Positions 53,508 to 62,771 of a DNA stretch of 64,000 nucleotides are shown here, piece by piece. Both the position numbers and the translations under genes were made by a program. Below the pieces are notes generated by a model. That model was not told the DNA's origin and searched no databases. It saw only the letters and a program-made list of their open reading frames with translations. The DNA lies in the NCBI GenBank assembly GCA_963701295.1, contig OY969585.1, forward strand, positions 896,001-960,000. Reading direction: 5' to 3'. How positions within the stretch are numbered: position 1 is the first letter of the stretch; each line of letters begins with the position of its first letter. Origin of the DNA: Ignavibacteriota bacterium (lineage in GTDB: Bacteria > Bacteroidota > Ignavibacteria > UBA10030).

Positions 53508-54173
53508 CTACAGAAGTGAATTGAGATGATTCCATTGCTGTTCGGAAAATTCTCTCAACGATTTTAACTTACTATCTGCAATATCGAATCGCGCCTCGTT
53601 CCACTGTTCTGCCATCGGAATGACGACTGTTTTCATCCGCGCTGCCTTCGCCGCAATGAGCCCGTTGAACGAATCCTCAATGACTAAACATTGTACCGGA
53701 GGAATGTGCAAGTGCTTCGCTGTTGTGAGAAATACTGCGGGATGCGGTTTGCCGTATTCTTCCCGTTCGGCAGAATGAACGACACGAAATGTATTCTCCA
53801 AAGAAAATTTATTCAGTACGGTTTTGATGAGCCGCATGGCTGAGGATGAGGCAAGTGCAGTTTGGATCCGGCGGTTTTTAAAAAAATCCAACACATCTAT
53901 CACGCCATCCAGCAAAACTGCTCGTTCACGAACCCGTAGTTCCACGGCGGTTAAGATTTCGTCGGAAACTCGTTCCATTGATTTTTGTTTCCAGGGATTC
54001 TGGTTATAACGGTACATGACGACATCTCTCACTGGCAAGCCGGTGGTTTCAATACATTGCGCACGTGTCAGGTGAATGCCCACCGTCGCGAAAATTTCTA
54101 TTTCAGCTTCCTGCCAAAAAGGTTCTGAGTTCAGCAACACACCGTCCATATCAAAAATCACTGCGTCGATCAT
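53508..54173 (-). CDS. HAD-family sugar phosphatase (HxpB/YniC-like)
   Basis: Motifs FDMDGVL, ASSS, KPHPAVF and EDSFNGLIAAKAARM. Confidence 0.88.
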   Translation of the reverse strand: MIDAVIFDMDGVLLNSEPFWQEAEIEIFATVGIHLTRAQCIETTGLPVRDVVMYRYNQNPWKQKSMERVSDEILTAVELRVRERAVLLDGVIDVLDFFKNRRIQTALASSSAMRLIKTVLNKFSLENTFRVVHSAEREEYGKPHPAVFLTTAKHLHIPPVQCLVIEDSFNGLIAAKAARMKTVVIPMAEQWNEARFDIADSKLKSLREFSEQQWNHLNSLL

Positions 54174-54264
54174 TATTTCCTCTATCTTAATCTAACAGAG
54201 AATAATCTGAATGGCAAGCGTACAAACATCTCTTGTGTGTTCCTTATGTCAGAGATGAGACAGA

Positions 54265-54293
54265 TTGAAACACTCCAAGTTTTTGCTTACTTT
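54265..54293 (+). promoter_or_regulatory. sigma70-like promoter
   Basis: TTGAAA-N17-TACTTT. Confidence 0.55.
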
Positions 54294-54331
54294 ATCTTTC
54301 ATCAATGTCGATGAAATGGATGGTGAAGCAC

Positions 54332-55549
54332 ATGAAAAAGAATTCGAAACAACTTTCCGTCGCCACACGGGCGATCCATGGCAGTAAACTCTATGCCTAT
54401 AAAGCCCCCGTTACGACACCGATTTATCAGACTTCTACGTTTCGATTTGAAACATCCGAAGATGCCATTCGATATGCAAAAGGAGACCCGTCGGTTTACG
54501 TATATTCGCGGTACCATAATCCCACGGTTCACGATGTAGAAGAGAAGATTGCGCTTATGGAACATGGCGAAACAGCTGCGCTCTTTTCTTCAGGCATGGC
54601 TGCAATTACGACAGCGATTCTTGCTGTAACAAAATCCGGAGACAATATCATTAGCACCTCTGCGCTGTACGGCGGCACGTACCGCTGGATGCGCGACGAG
54701 CTACCGAAACAAAACATTACCGTACATTTCGTTGACGCACAGCACTTGAAGGATATTGAACGAATTACCAACGAACGAACAACCATCGTCTACATCGAAA
54801 CTCCAACCAATCCCACGCTCAGTATTGTTGATATTTCTGAAGCAGTCCGCTGCACGAAGAAAGCAGAAAAGAGACTCGGCCGCCGTATTCTTACGATGAT
54901 TGATAATACGTTCGCTACCCTCCTTAATCAGGATCCGTTTCATTTCGGTGTGGATGTTATTACCGAAAGCGCCACCAAATATCTCGGTGGGCACAGTGAT
55001 ATTCTCTCCGGTGTTGTTATCGGTAAGGAGGAGTACATCAGCCATGTGCGCACACTGAGAAAGTACCATGGCAGCTGTGCTGATCCTTTTGCAGCATTTT
55101 TACTTGGCAGGAGTTTGAAAACTTTTGAACTGCGTATAGGGAAACAAACCGAAAATGCTCTCGTACTGGCACGCGTATTAGAAAAACATAAGAAAGTGAA
55201 TCGTGTTCTCTATCCCGGACTTCCTTCGCATCCACACCACAAGATTGCTAAAAGACAAATGACCGGATTTGGCGGCATGGTAACCATCGAAGTGAAGCCA
55301 TCGAAACGATACTCACCTGTTGAGGCAGCAGCAAAAGTATGCGACACTCTAACCATTGCCGTCAATGCAATGTCACTGGGCAGCGTGGAGACACTTGTCA
55401 GCATTCCGGTCTATTCGTCCCACGTATTTATGTCGGATGAAGAGTTGCAGCGTCAGGGCGTTACAGCTGGAATGATTCGCATCTCTGTCGGTGTGGAAGG
55501 AATTGAAGATTTGATTGCGGATTTTGAAAAAGCATTAGCTGCGATTTGA
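54332..55549 (+). CDS. PLP-dependent Cys/Met metabolism enzyme (methionine gamma-lyase/cystathionine gamma-synthase family)
   Basis: Motifs PIYQTSTF, YSRYHNPT, SSGMAA, ETPTNP, DNTFAT, SATKYLGGHSD (PLP lysine) and IRISVGVE. Confidence 0.92.
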   Translation: MKKNSKQLSVATRAIHGSKLYAYKAPVTTPIYQTSTFRFETSEDAIRYAKGDPSVYVYSRYHNPTVHDVEEKIALMEHGETAALFSSGMAAITTAILAVTKSGDNIISTSALYGGTYRWMRDELPKQNITVHFVDAQHLKDIERITNERTTIVYIETPTNPTLSIVDISEAVRCTKKAEKRLGRRILTMIDNTFATLLNQDPFHFGVDVITESATKYLGGHSDILSGVVIGKEEYISHVRTLRKYHGSCADPFAAFLLGRSLKTFELRIGKQTENALVLARVLEKHKKVNRVLYPGLPSHPHHKIAKRQMTGFGGMVTIEVKPSKRYSPVEAAAKVCDTLTIAVNAMSLGSVETLVSIPVYSSHVFMSDEELQRQGVTAGMIRISVGVEGIEDLIADFEKALAAI

Positions 55550-55604
55550 GCTTGCGAATGGAGTATTGTGCTTTTTATCTATACTACGAATCATCTAAAA
55601 AAAT

Positions 55605-56498
55605 ATGAAGAACCGAATTACCGTGTTTGTTGTTGTTGGCATTCTCTTGCTGCAATGTTTCGCATTGGCTCAGAATGTTGTGATCGTTGTAATCGATGGT
55701 GCGAGATACACGGAGACATTCGGTGCAGACTCTCTTTATATTCCACGTATATGGACACAGTTGCGTCCTCTTGGAACGATCTGGACAAACTTTCGCAATG
55801 ACGGAATCACTGAAACCGATCCGGGGCATGCCTCCATCGCGACAGGCACATGGCAATCCATCGACAACAAAGGGATCCTCAGGCCAACACAGCCAACGAT
55901 ATTCGAATATTTCCGCAAAGCATCCGGTGCGCCGGAATCCGCAACAGCCGTTGTCGTAGGAAAACTCAAATTGGATATTCTTGCTTATAGTACACATCAC
56001 GGCTATGGAACAAAATATAAAGCTTCTACATCCATCGGTATGGACGATACATCGGTTGTCAGAAACTTGAAAACGATGCTCCGACAGAATCATCCGAAAC
56101 TCACGCTCGTAAATCTTCCGAGCACGGATGTGGCCGGCCACTCCGGCAATCGGATTCAGTACCTTTCTGCGATTCACGTTGCGGATTCATTGATTTACGA
56201 TATTTGGCAAACACTTCAGGCAGACTCATTCTATCGCAACAACACAACATTATTTGTAACGAACGATCATGGGAGACATGACAACCTCCATGGAGGCTTT
56301 AAAAATCATGGAGATGATTGTGAAGGATGTCGACACATTATGCTTTTTGCGATTGGACGAGGCTTTCCCGTAAACACAGTCGTAATTAAAAGGCGCACAC
56401 AATGTGATATAGCGCCAACTACTGGAGAGCTTCTTTCTTTCCCAACACTTTATTCTATCGGAACAAGTCTTCTGCGCGATACGGCAGCTGTCCAGTAG
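55605..56498 (+). CDS. Secreted alkaline-phosphatase-superfamily protein
   Basis: Signal peptide, VIDGAR, T.PGHASIATG, D.AGH and TNDHGRH. Confidence 0.8.
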   Translation: MKNRITVFVVVGILLLQCFALAQNVVIVVIDGARYTETFGADSLYIPRIWTQLRPLGTIWTNFRNDGITETDPGHASIATGTWQSIDNKGILRPTQPTIFEYFRKASGAPESATAVVVGKLKLDILAYSTHHGYGTKYKASTSIGMDDTSVVRNLKTMLRQNHPKLTLVNLPSTDVAGHSGNRIQYLSAIHVADSLIYDIWQTLQADSFYRNNTTLFVTNDHGRHDNLHGGFKNHGDDCEGCRHIMLFAIGRGFPVNTVVIKRRTQCDIAPTTGELLSFPTLYSIGTSLLRDTAAVQ

Positions 56499-56540
56499 TG
56501 AATGGTGCTCACTTTTCGTAAGAGGCATATCCATATTTTC

Positions 56541-57128
56541 ATGTTGATTTCTCCTGAACATATTCGGCAATTTTTTGAAACGTTTCAGCGTCAAGAATGC
56601 AACAGCAAGGATCTTTGTCCCGCCGGTGTTTTGGTTCCACTCTTCGAGAGGAACGGCGAGCTACACGTTGTGCTCACTCAGCGAACGGATGAAGTGGAGC
56701 ACCATAAAGGACAGATTTCTTTCCCTGGCGGGGTCAAGAACAAGCAAGATTCAACTATTATTGAAACAGCACTTCGAGAGACAGAAGAGGAGATCGGATT
56801 GCCAAGTGATGCGGTAATCGTGCTTGGCATACTGAACGATTTCCAGACACCAAGCGGTTTTCGTATTACACCGGTCGTTGCGTTTCTCCTTTCTGTTCCT
56901 TCATTTTCCATCAACACAGCAGAAGTCTCTCAAATCTTCGATGTCCCGTTATCATTTTTCCTTGATGCACGCAATGAGCGTGTAGAGAGGCATGAACGTT
57001 CCGGAAAAATGATGAACGTATATTTCTATCGTTATGGACAGTATGAGATATGGGGAGCAACAGCGGCGATGCTGCGTTCGTTCTTGCACGATTTGATGGT
57101 GTGGCTCGATAACAAAAAGACTTTGTAA
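56541..57128 (+). CDS. CoA pyrophosphatase (NudL-like NUDIX)
   Basis: AGVLVPL, LTQR, H.GQISFPGG...ALRETEEEIG and IWGATA. Confidence 0.9.
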   Translation: MLISPEHIRQFFETFQRQECNSKDLCPAGVLVPLFERNGELHVVLTQRTDEVEHHKGQISFPGGVKNKQDSTIIETALRETEEEIGLPSDAVIVLGILNDFQTPSGFRITPVVAFLLSVPSFSINTAEVSQIFDVPLSFFLDARNERVERHERSGKMMNVYFYRYGQYEIWGATAAMLRSFLHDLMVWLDNKKTL

Positions 57129-57151
57129 ATCTGGCAATTCTTGATTATCTT
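57123..57151 (+). promoter_or_regulatory. sigma70-like promoter of rpsT
   Basis: TTGTAA-N17-TATCTT. Confidence 0.6.
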
Positions 57152-57216
57152 TATTTCAGACAGTACTTAAATAACACGCAACAGGTCCTCATTTCGGGAC
57201 AAAGGAGAATGAACGA

Positions 57217-57471
57217 ATGCCGCAACATAAATCAGCAGTAAAACGAACTCGTCAAAGTGCACATCGAGCTGAACGCAATAAAGCACACTTTTCAAAAGTG
57301 AAAACATTGATAAAGAAAGTACGCTCCTCCAAGAACAAGGAAGAAGGGACTGCAGCATTGAAAAGTGCCTTGAAGTACCTCGACCAGCTTGGCACAAAAG
57401 GTATTATTCATAAAAATAATGTTTCCAACCAAAAATCGCGATTGACAAAGTTTGTCAACAAGATAACATAA
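57217..57471 (+). CDS. rpsT: 30S ribosomal protein S20
   Basis: MPQHKSAVKR.RQ and KGIIHKNN...KSRL. Confidence 0.97.
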   Translation: MPQHKSAVKRTRQSAHRAERNKAHFSKVKTLIKKVRSSKNKEEGTAALKSALKYLDQLGTKGIIHKNNVSNQKSRLTKFVNKIT

Positions 57472-57490
57472 AAATCATAATCCGTTTAGC

Positions 57491-57533
57491 AAGCAAAAAC
57501 CCCAAACCGAACAGGCTTGGGGTTTTTGCTTTT
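57491..57533. terminator. Bidirectional terminator
   Basis: AAGCAAAAACCCCAA...TTGGGGTTTTTGCTT between the convergent rpsT and TPR genes. Confidence 0.85.
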
Positions 57534-57558
57534 CAGTCGCAGAAGTGGAAAAAAATCT

Positions 57559-58875
57559 CTATTTACTACTTTGACTTTTTAATTTTTCAAGTTCTTCAAT
57601 CCGTTTTTCAAATCGCTCTTTTTCACTAGGTTTATTGCGTGCAAGTGCTTTATATGCCTTAATGGCGTCATCAAACCAGCCTTGCTTAGCATAGATCTCT
57701 GCAAGTGTAGGTGTCACAAACCCCATACTCACCGGCAGATCTTGCTCGGATGAAGGGGGTGTCTCTTTCTGTGCCAAGTCGATCACGGGTGTGATCTTTC
57801 CAGCACCTTTTAGTTTATTTGCAATTTCTTCAATATTGTTCTGTATGCTGGTAGACATGGGAAGTTCGGGCGGTGGGATTTGTGGCAGAATAATTGTCGT
57901 GTCGGTGGTGTAATCCTCCTTCCTAATAGTATCGTTAACCTTATTTTGCATATCCGTAGGTATGGGAAGTTCAAGCGGCAACTCTTCCGGCAGAACAATC
58001 GCAGCGTTACTAAGATAATCCTCCAATGAAATAGTGTCCTCACCTGTAAGCTCTGCTCTTCGTCGTGATGCATAGAGTGCAAAGGATTCTTCTTCCGACG
58101 GTGATGGTGCCAAGTTTTCTTGGTCGGGAGCTGATAGAGTAAATTCAAATCCGCCTGATGGTTCCGTTGCCGATCTTGGTATGTCAGCAAATGCTGATGC
58201 TTGTGTTTCAGAGAACGATGGTGACTCCGACTCCGGGACATCGAATCCACTAAATGATGAGGGCTCCGGCATATCAGGTGTCTCAACTGCAGGTGCGGCA
58301 AATCCAAGAAGATCATCTGTGGTAGATGCAGCCGGTGTCTCTGTGATCGCATCAAAAAAAGACGGCCCGCTTAAGGAAGTGGGCGCCGACGGCAACTCAG
58401 GCTGTTGTTCTTGTGCAGGCTGATCGAATCCGCTAAAACTATAGCCCGGCTCCGGATGTATTTGGGGCGTCGATGGAATTCTATATTCATTCAAGGAGGG
58501 TGGTATATATTCTGGTCCAATAACTTCCGATTGTGCTTCTTGCTGTGTTGTAGTGATGGTTTCATCTTCGCTCGGCGGTATTTGTTCGAGCAGAGCTGTT
58601 ACCATTTCATTTCGTGGCAGAAACTCAAGCACAAATTCAAATTCGCGGCGTGCTTCCGCTCGCATGTGTAATACGACTAATGCTTTTCCCTTAACGAGAT
58701 GCCCTGTGGTATAAAACGGATAGTGTGCCAGACCGGCATCACACATGCGCAGTGCATCTTCTGCGCGATGTTGTTCAAGATAGAAATTTGCCAACTGCGC
58801 AAATAATGGTGACTTGGCATCCGGTCCAATTTTTTTTTCAAGTGCAGTAATTTGTTGTTGAGCTATTTCGGTCAT
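57559..58875 (-). CDS. TPR protein with a long acidic Pro/Ser/Glu-rich linker
   Basis: N-terminal TPRs (SPLFAQLA) and C-terminal TPTLAEIYAKQG...AIKAY motif. Confidence 0.8.
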   Translation of the reverse strand: MTEIAQQQITALEKKIGPDAKSPLFAQLANFYLEQHRAEDALRMCDAGLAHYPFYTTGHLVKGKALVVLHMRAEARREFEFVLEFLPRNEMVTALLEQIPPSEDETITTTQQEAQSEVIGPEYIPPSLNEYRIPSTPQIHPEPGYSFSGFDQPAQEQQPELPSAPTSLSGPSFFDAITETPAASTTDDLLGFAAPAVETPDMPEPSSFSGFDVPESESPSFSETQASAFADIPRSATEPSGGFEFTLSAPDQENLAPSPSEEESFALYASRRRAELTGEDTISLEDYLSNAAIVLPEELPLELPIPTDMQNKVNDTIRKEDYTTDTTIILPQIPPPELPMSTSIQNNIEEIANKLKGAGKITPVIDLAQKETPPSSEQDLPVSMGFVTPTLAEIYAKQGWFDDAIKAYKALARNKPSEKERFEKRIEELEKLKSQSSK

Positions 58876-58883
58876 TGTGCTTA

Positions 58884-60401
58884 CTAATGAAGTTTCCGCG
58901 CCTCAAGTGCATGTCTCACGGAAAGCCACGAAACGCATGCGAATCCCATAAAGTATAATAGCTGGAATGGCACCGCGGCTATCTCCAGATAGTATAATGA
59001 TGAAATCACACCGAAGAAGCAATAGACAGCAAGAAGAATTTCTATCATTACAACCCATTCGAATTTTTTCTTCTTGCTGATGTACACATTCTTTTTCCAC
59101 GTGTCTTCTTTACCATGAAGAGCAAATTTCGGTGTACGAACAAACTCGCTTTTGCGCTTGAAAAGTCCTTCGAATACTGCGCGGGAATTGTTTACCGCAA
59201 ATCCCATACTGCCTGCCATAAAGAGCGGGAAGAGCATAATCCGTCGGCGCCAATCGGGATAAACGGATTTCTGTGAAATAAGATAGAACAGGAATGATCC
59301 GATGAATGCAATGACAAATATCGACATTATAGCAAAGTACACCTCATGCCCGCCTTGCTGTTTAATAAAGATGAGCGGTACGTTCAGTATACCCGCCAGA
59401 ATGATAAACGGGAAGACAATGTTGTTCGTCAAATGAAAAGTTGAGTGAATTTTTATACGCAGCGGAATATCTGATTTCCACACTTCCGGAATTATTTTGC
59501 GCGCCGTTTCAATAGCACCCTTCGTCCAGCGAAATTGCTGCGACTTCAATGCATTGACCTCCGCAGGTAATTCTGCCGGCGAAGTGACATGTGCAAGATA
59601 TTTGAACTTCCATCCGCGGAGTTGCGCCCGGTAGCTGAGATCCAAATCCTCTGTGAGCGTATCGGATTGCCAGTTTCCTGCATCAATGATCGTGGTCTTC
59701 CGCCACACACCGCCTGTTCCATTAAACTGAATAAAGAATCCTGCCTTGTTGCGCACATCTTGCTCAACGACGAAATGTCCGTCGAGTGCAAACGCTTGTG
59801 TGCGTGTGAGCATCGAATACTCACGATTCAAGTGTTCCCATCGCGTTTGCACAACACCGATTTTTGGATCGGTGAAAAAATACGGAATAGTTTTTATCAG
59901 AAAGTCTTTATTGGGTACAAAGTCGGCATCGAAAACCGCAATGAATTCGCCGCGTGCAGTTTCAAGTCCATGCTTCAGCGCGCCTGCTTTGTATCCTGAA
60001 CGATCTCTACGATGAATATTTTTGATATCGTAACCGAGCGCTCGGTAGTGCGCTGTAGTTTTTTCAACCAGATCTACAGTTTCATCGGTTGAATCGTCCA
60101 ACACCTGCACTTCTAATTTGTCTTTTGGATATTCAAGTGCGCATACTGCGTCAATCAGTCGATTCGCAACATAGAGCTCATTAAATAATGGAAGTTGTAC
60201 TGTTACAACAGGTGTTTGCATTAAAATCGGTTGAATGTGTTCAAGACCTCGTTGTTTCATATAATGGTATACCATCACAAATCCATGGGCGCCAAACGCA
60301 AAGAGGATGAGCAACGAGAAAAAATAGAGATACATGACGATATCTGTAAATACTACGTTTTCGATGAATTTCGGCTGGAAGAAAAGTATTATAAGTGTCA
60401 T
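58884..60401 (-). CDS. Processive GT2 glycosyltransferase (cellulose synthase/CslA-like)
   Basis: QLPLFNE, DDS, KAGAL, FDADF, TEDLDLS and QQFRWTKG (QxxRW), with C-terminal TM helices. Confidence 0.9.
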   Translation of the reverse strand: MTLIILFFQPKFIENVVFTDIVMYLYFFSLLILFAFGAHGFVMVYHYMKQRGLEHIQPILMQTPVVTVQLPLFNELYVANRLIDAVCALEYPKDKLEVQVLDDSTDETVDLVEKTTAHYRALGYDIKNIHRRDRSGYKAGALKHGLETARGEFIAVFDADFVPNKDFLIKTIPYFFTDPKIGVVQTRWEHLNREYSMLTRTQAFALDGHFVVEQDVRNKAGFFIQFNGTGGVWRKTTIIDAGNWQSDTLTEDLDLSYRAQLRGWKFKYLAHVTSPAELPAEVNALKSQQFRWTKGAIETARKIIPEVWKSDIPLRIKIHSTFHLTNNIVFPFIILAGILNVPLIFIKQQGGHEVYFAIMSIFVIAFIGSFLFYLISQKSVYPDWRRRIMLFPLFMAGSMGFAVNNSRAVFEGLFKRKSEFVRTPKFALHGKEDTWKKNVYISKKKKFEWVVMIEILLAVYCFFGVISSLYYLEIAAVPFQLLYFMGFACVSWLSVRHALEARKLH

Positions 60402-60402
60402 A

Positions 60403-60930
60403 TTACCATCCTGCTACTGTATCGTTAAGAATATCTTCTGTTAATTTTTCGACTGCTGTTTGTACGCCCTCATTACGCTGCGTCAATCCGCCGCCTGAAG
60501 GATAATTTCCCCACTCGCTATAACTTTTTTCCCACATTTTTTTGCGAAGCTTCAAATCCTGAAACGCCATTCTTACTGTTACGGTAATTTTTCTCAACGT
60601 AACTTGCTCGCCGCCTTGAAGTACTTCCGGGGCGTCTTTTACATCGGTTACCACACCTTCGAGCATGGAGTCTGCAGAATTGCGGTCTGTTAATTGAAGT
60701 GTATTATCATTTGTGAAGCGTTCTACCAATTTCTGTGTGAATAAATCCCGCAGCGTCGGATCGCCATATCCACTCTGATCTTCCACGATAGGAATCGCAA
60801 CGGTTTTCAAATGCGGAGGAACCGAACCGCCCTTGAACGAATAGGTACAACTAGAGAGCACTATGAAAGCCGAAAAACAAGCTATACTGAAAAAAATACG
60901 TATTGTATATTGTGCATTGTCGTTTTTCAT
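60403..60930 (-). CDS. lptE: LptE-family lipoprotein
   Basis: Lipobox LSSC, YSFKGGS and C-terminal LTEDILNDTVAGW. Confidence 0.85.
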   Translation of the reverse strand: MKNDNAQYTIRIFFSIACFSAFIVLSSCTYSFKGGSVPPHLKTVAIPIVEDQSGYGDPTLRDLFTQKLVERFTNDNTLQLTDRNSADSMLEGVVTDVKDAPEVLQGGEQVTLRKITVTVRMAFQDLKLRKKMWEKSYSEWGNYPSGGGLTQRNEGVQTAVEKLTEDILNDTVAGW

Positions 60931-62045
60931 TGCAACCCATAATCCTTGATTTTTCTATAGAGTGTCCGCTCACTGATATTCAATTCTCTCGCGGCATTAC
61001 GCCTATTTCCTTTGTGCCGATCGAGCGCAGTTGCAACCATGCGCCGCTCCATCTCGTCCATTGTCAGAACACCATTTCCGTTCTGCGATTGAGTGTGGTT
61101 GCTGTTTTGCATATTGGTTCCAGACAGCCGACCTTCCAGTAATTCTTTCATTTCAATGATGTTCGATTTGAGTTCCACAAGTGCACGATAAATCAACTCT
61201 CTCTCGGCCTGTTCTACAGTTCTATTTGATACAACAGGAAGATTTCTGTCTGTCGTTGCGTGTGTTTGATCGCGCAGATACTTCCGCACATCGTACTCAT
61301 TAAGACGTTTCCCGCTTTCCAACACAAGCATGCTTTCGATGGCATTTCGCAACTCGCGAATATTGCCAGGCCAGTGATAGCTCATAAGCAATTCGGTCGC
61401 GTTGTTATTGAATCCACCAAATTGAATCTTGTTTTTTTCTGTCGTTTCCTTCACAAACTGTTCAACGAGTGCCGGAATATCTTCTTTTCGGTTCCGCAGC
61501 GGTGGCAAATGAATGTTCACCGAACGCAATCGGAAATACAAATCGGGGCGAAAGTTTTTTTGTTGGACTTCGTATTCCAATAATTTATTCGTTGCCGCAA
61601 TCACACGTACATCTGTTCTGCGTGCCTCGGATGAGCCAACACGCATGAACTCACCGCTTTCAAGCACACGCAGCAATTTCACTTGCGTTGCTAACGGCAT
61701 CTCTCCAATTTCGTCGAGAAGGATGGTTCCGCCATCAGCAATTTCAAAATAACCACGACGCATATCCGAAGCACTGGTGAATGCACCTTTTTCATGACCG
61801 AACAATTCGCTTTCAATTAATCCCTCCGGAATCGCGCCGCAGTTAACCGATACCATAATTTGCTCTGCTCGTTTGCTTGCCCCGTGAATGGCTTTGGCAA
61901 CGATCTCTTTGCCTGTACCGCTTTCACCAGAGATCAGCACAGTAATATCCGTCGGCGCCACCTGTCGGATGACATCCACAATTTCTTGCATCTCCGGCGA
62001 TTGTCCGATGATGCCGTATAGTCGTTGGAATGCTGCCCGATCCAT
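60927..62045 (-). CDS. Sigma-54-interacting (bEBP/Fis-family) regulator lacking a receiver domain
   Basis: GESGTGKE, ESELFGHEKGAFTSA, DEIGEM, WPGNIREL and a Fis HTH. ATG at 62045 overlaps the upstream stop. Confidence 0.9.
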   Translation of the reverse strand: MDRAAFQRLYGIIGQSPEMQEIVDVIRQVAPTDITVLISGESGTGKEIVAKAIHGASKRAEQIMVSVNCGAIPEGLIESELFGHEKGAFTSASDMRRGYFEIADGGTILLDEIGEMPLATQVKLLRVLESGEFMRVGSSEARRTDVRVIAATNKLLEYEVQQKNFRPDLYFRLRSVNIHLPPLRNRKEDIPALVEQFVKETTEKNKIQFGGFNNNATELLMSYHWPGNIRELRNAIESMLVLESGKRLNEYDVRKYLRDQTHATTDRNLPVVSNRTVEQAERELIYRALVELKSNIIEMKELLEGRLSGTNMQNSNHTQSQNGNGVLTMDEMERRMVATALDRHKGNRRNAARELNISERTLYRKIKDYGLQ

Positions 62046-62765
62046 CAACGTGAAACAACCATGACTGTAAGGTTAAATTTCTTTTTCACTTCCACGGCAA
62101 ATTGTTTTGCCTCATTATACGTCTGAAATTCACCAACCCAGACTTTGTGCAACTTTTTACCATGGCTGACGATCGTAAAAATGTTCGAGGAATATCCTTC
62201 TTTCTCAAATTTTGCTTTTAATTCACCAGCATTTTGCAGCGTTGAGAAAGCGCCAACTTGTATAGTGAAGTTCGTTGCATATTTTTGTACAGGTTCCCTT
62301 CGGTTTTATAACTGCCGGTTTTTCTTTTACTGTTGGCTTCTCTTCTGCCACCAGATTTTTTTCTGTCGCATATGCAGAAAACGGATATTCTTCCTTCAAC
62401 TGTGTCAGTTTCTGATCGGCTGTCTTATAAAGACCGATCGAATAATAATATTGATAGAGTTTATAGAGTGCATCATCTGCCCATTCGCTCTTAGGAAAAT
62501 TATCGACAATATTTTGATATAACTTTGCTGCTTCTGTGCCATCCGTTGTTAATACTGCTTGTAAATACATCAGACCAGGATTATTTTGATAATTTGTCAT
62601 CAGTGCTGGAAGTTCGGCGCGTACTGCTTCTCCTTGCCCTTTTTCAATCATTTCGAGACGGTGATTAATATCCGGTTCCCGGTTGCTTGTCTGAGAACGC
62701 AGTAATGGTGCAAGAATAATGAATTCGAGTATCAAGGCAACAGCAATTGTTCTATGTGCTCTCAT
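62045..62765 (-). CDS. Periplasmic TPR + SPOR domain protein with an apparent +1 frameshift at 62296-62298
   Basis: Removing one G in aag gga gives ...EPVQKYATNFTIQVGAFSTLQNA...HKVWVGEFQTYNEA..., with a TGA overlapping the next ATG. Confidence 0.8.
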
Positions 62766-62771
62766 GGTTTT

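Noticed and set aside
54181-54331. SAM riboswitch upstream of the Cys/Met PLP enzyme
   Set aside because: No SAM-I core is present, and a promoter-like site at 54265-54293 leaves too short a leader.
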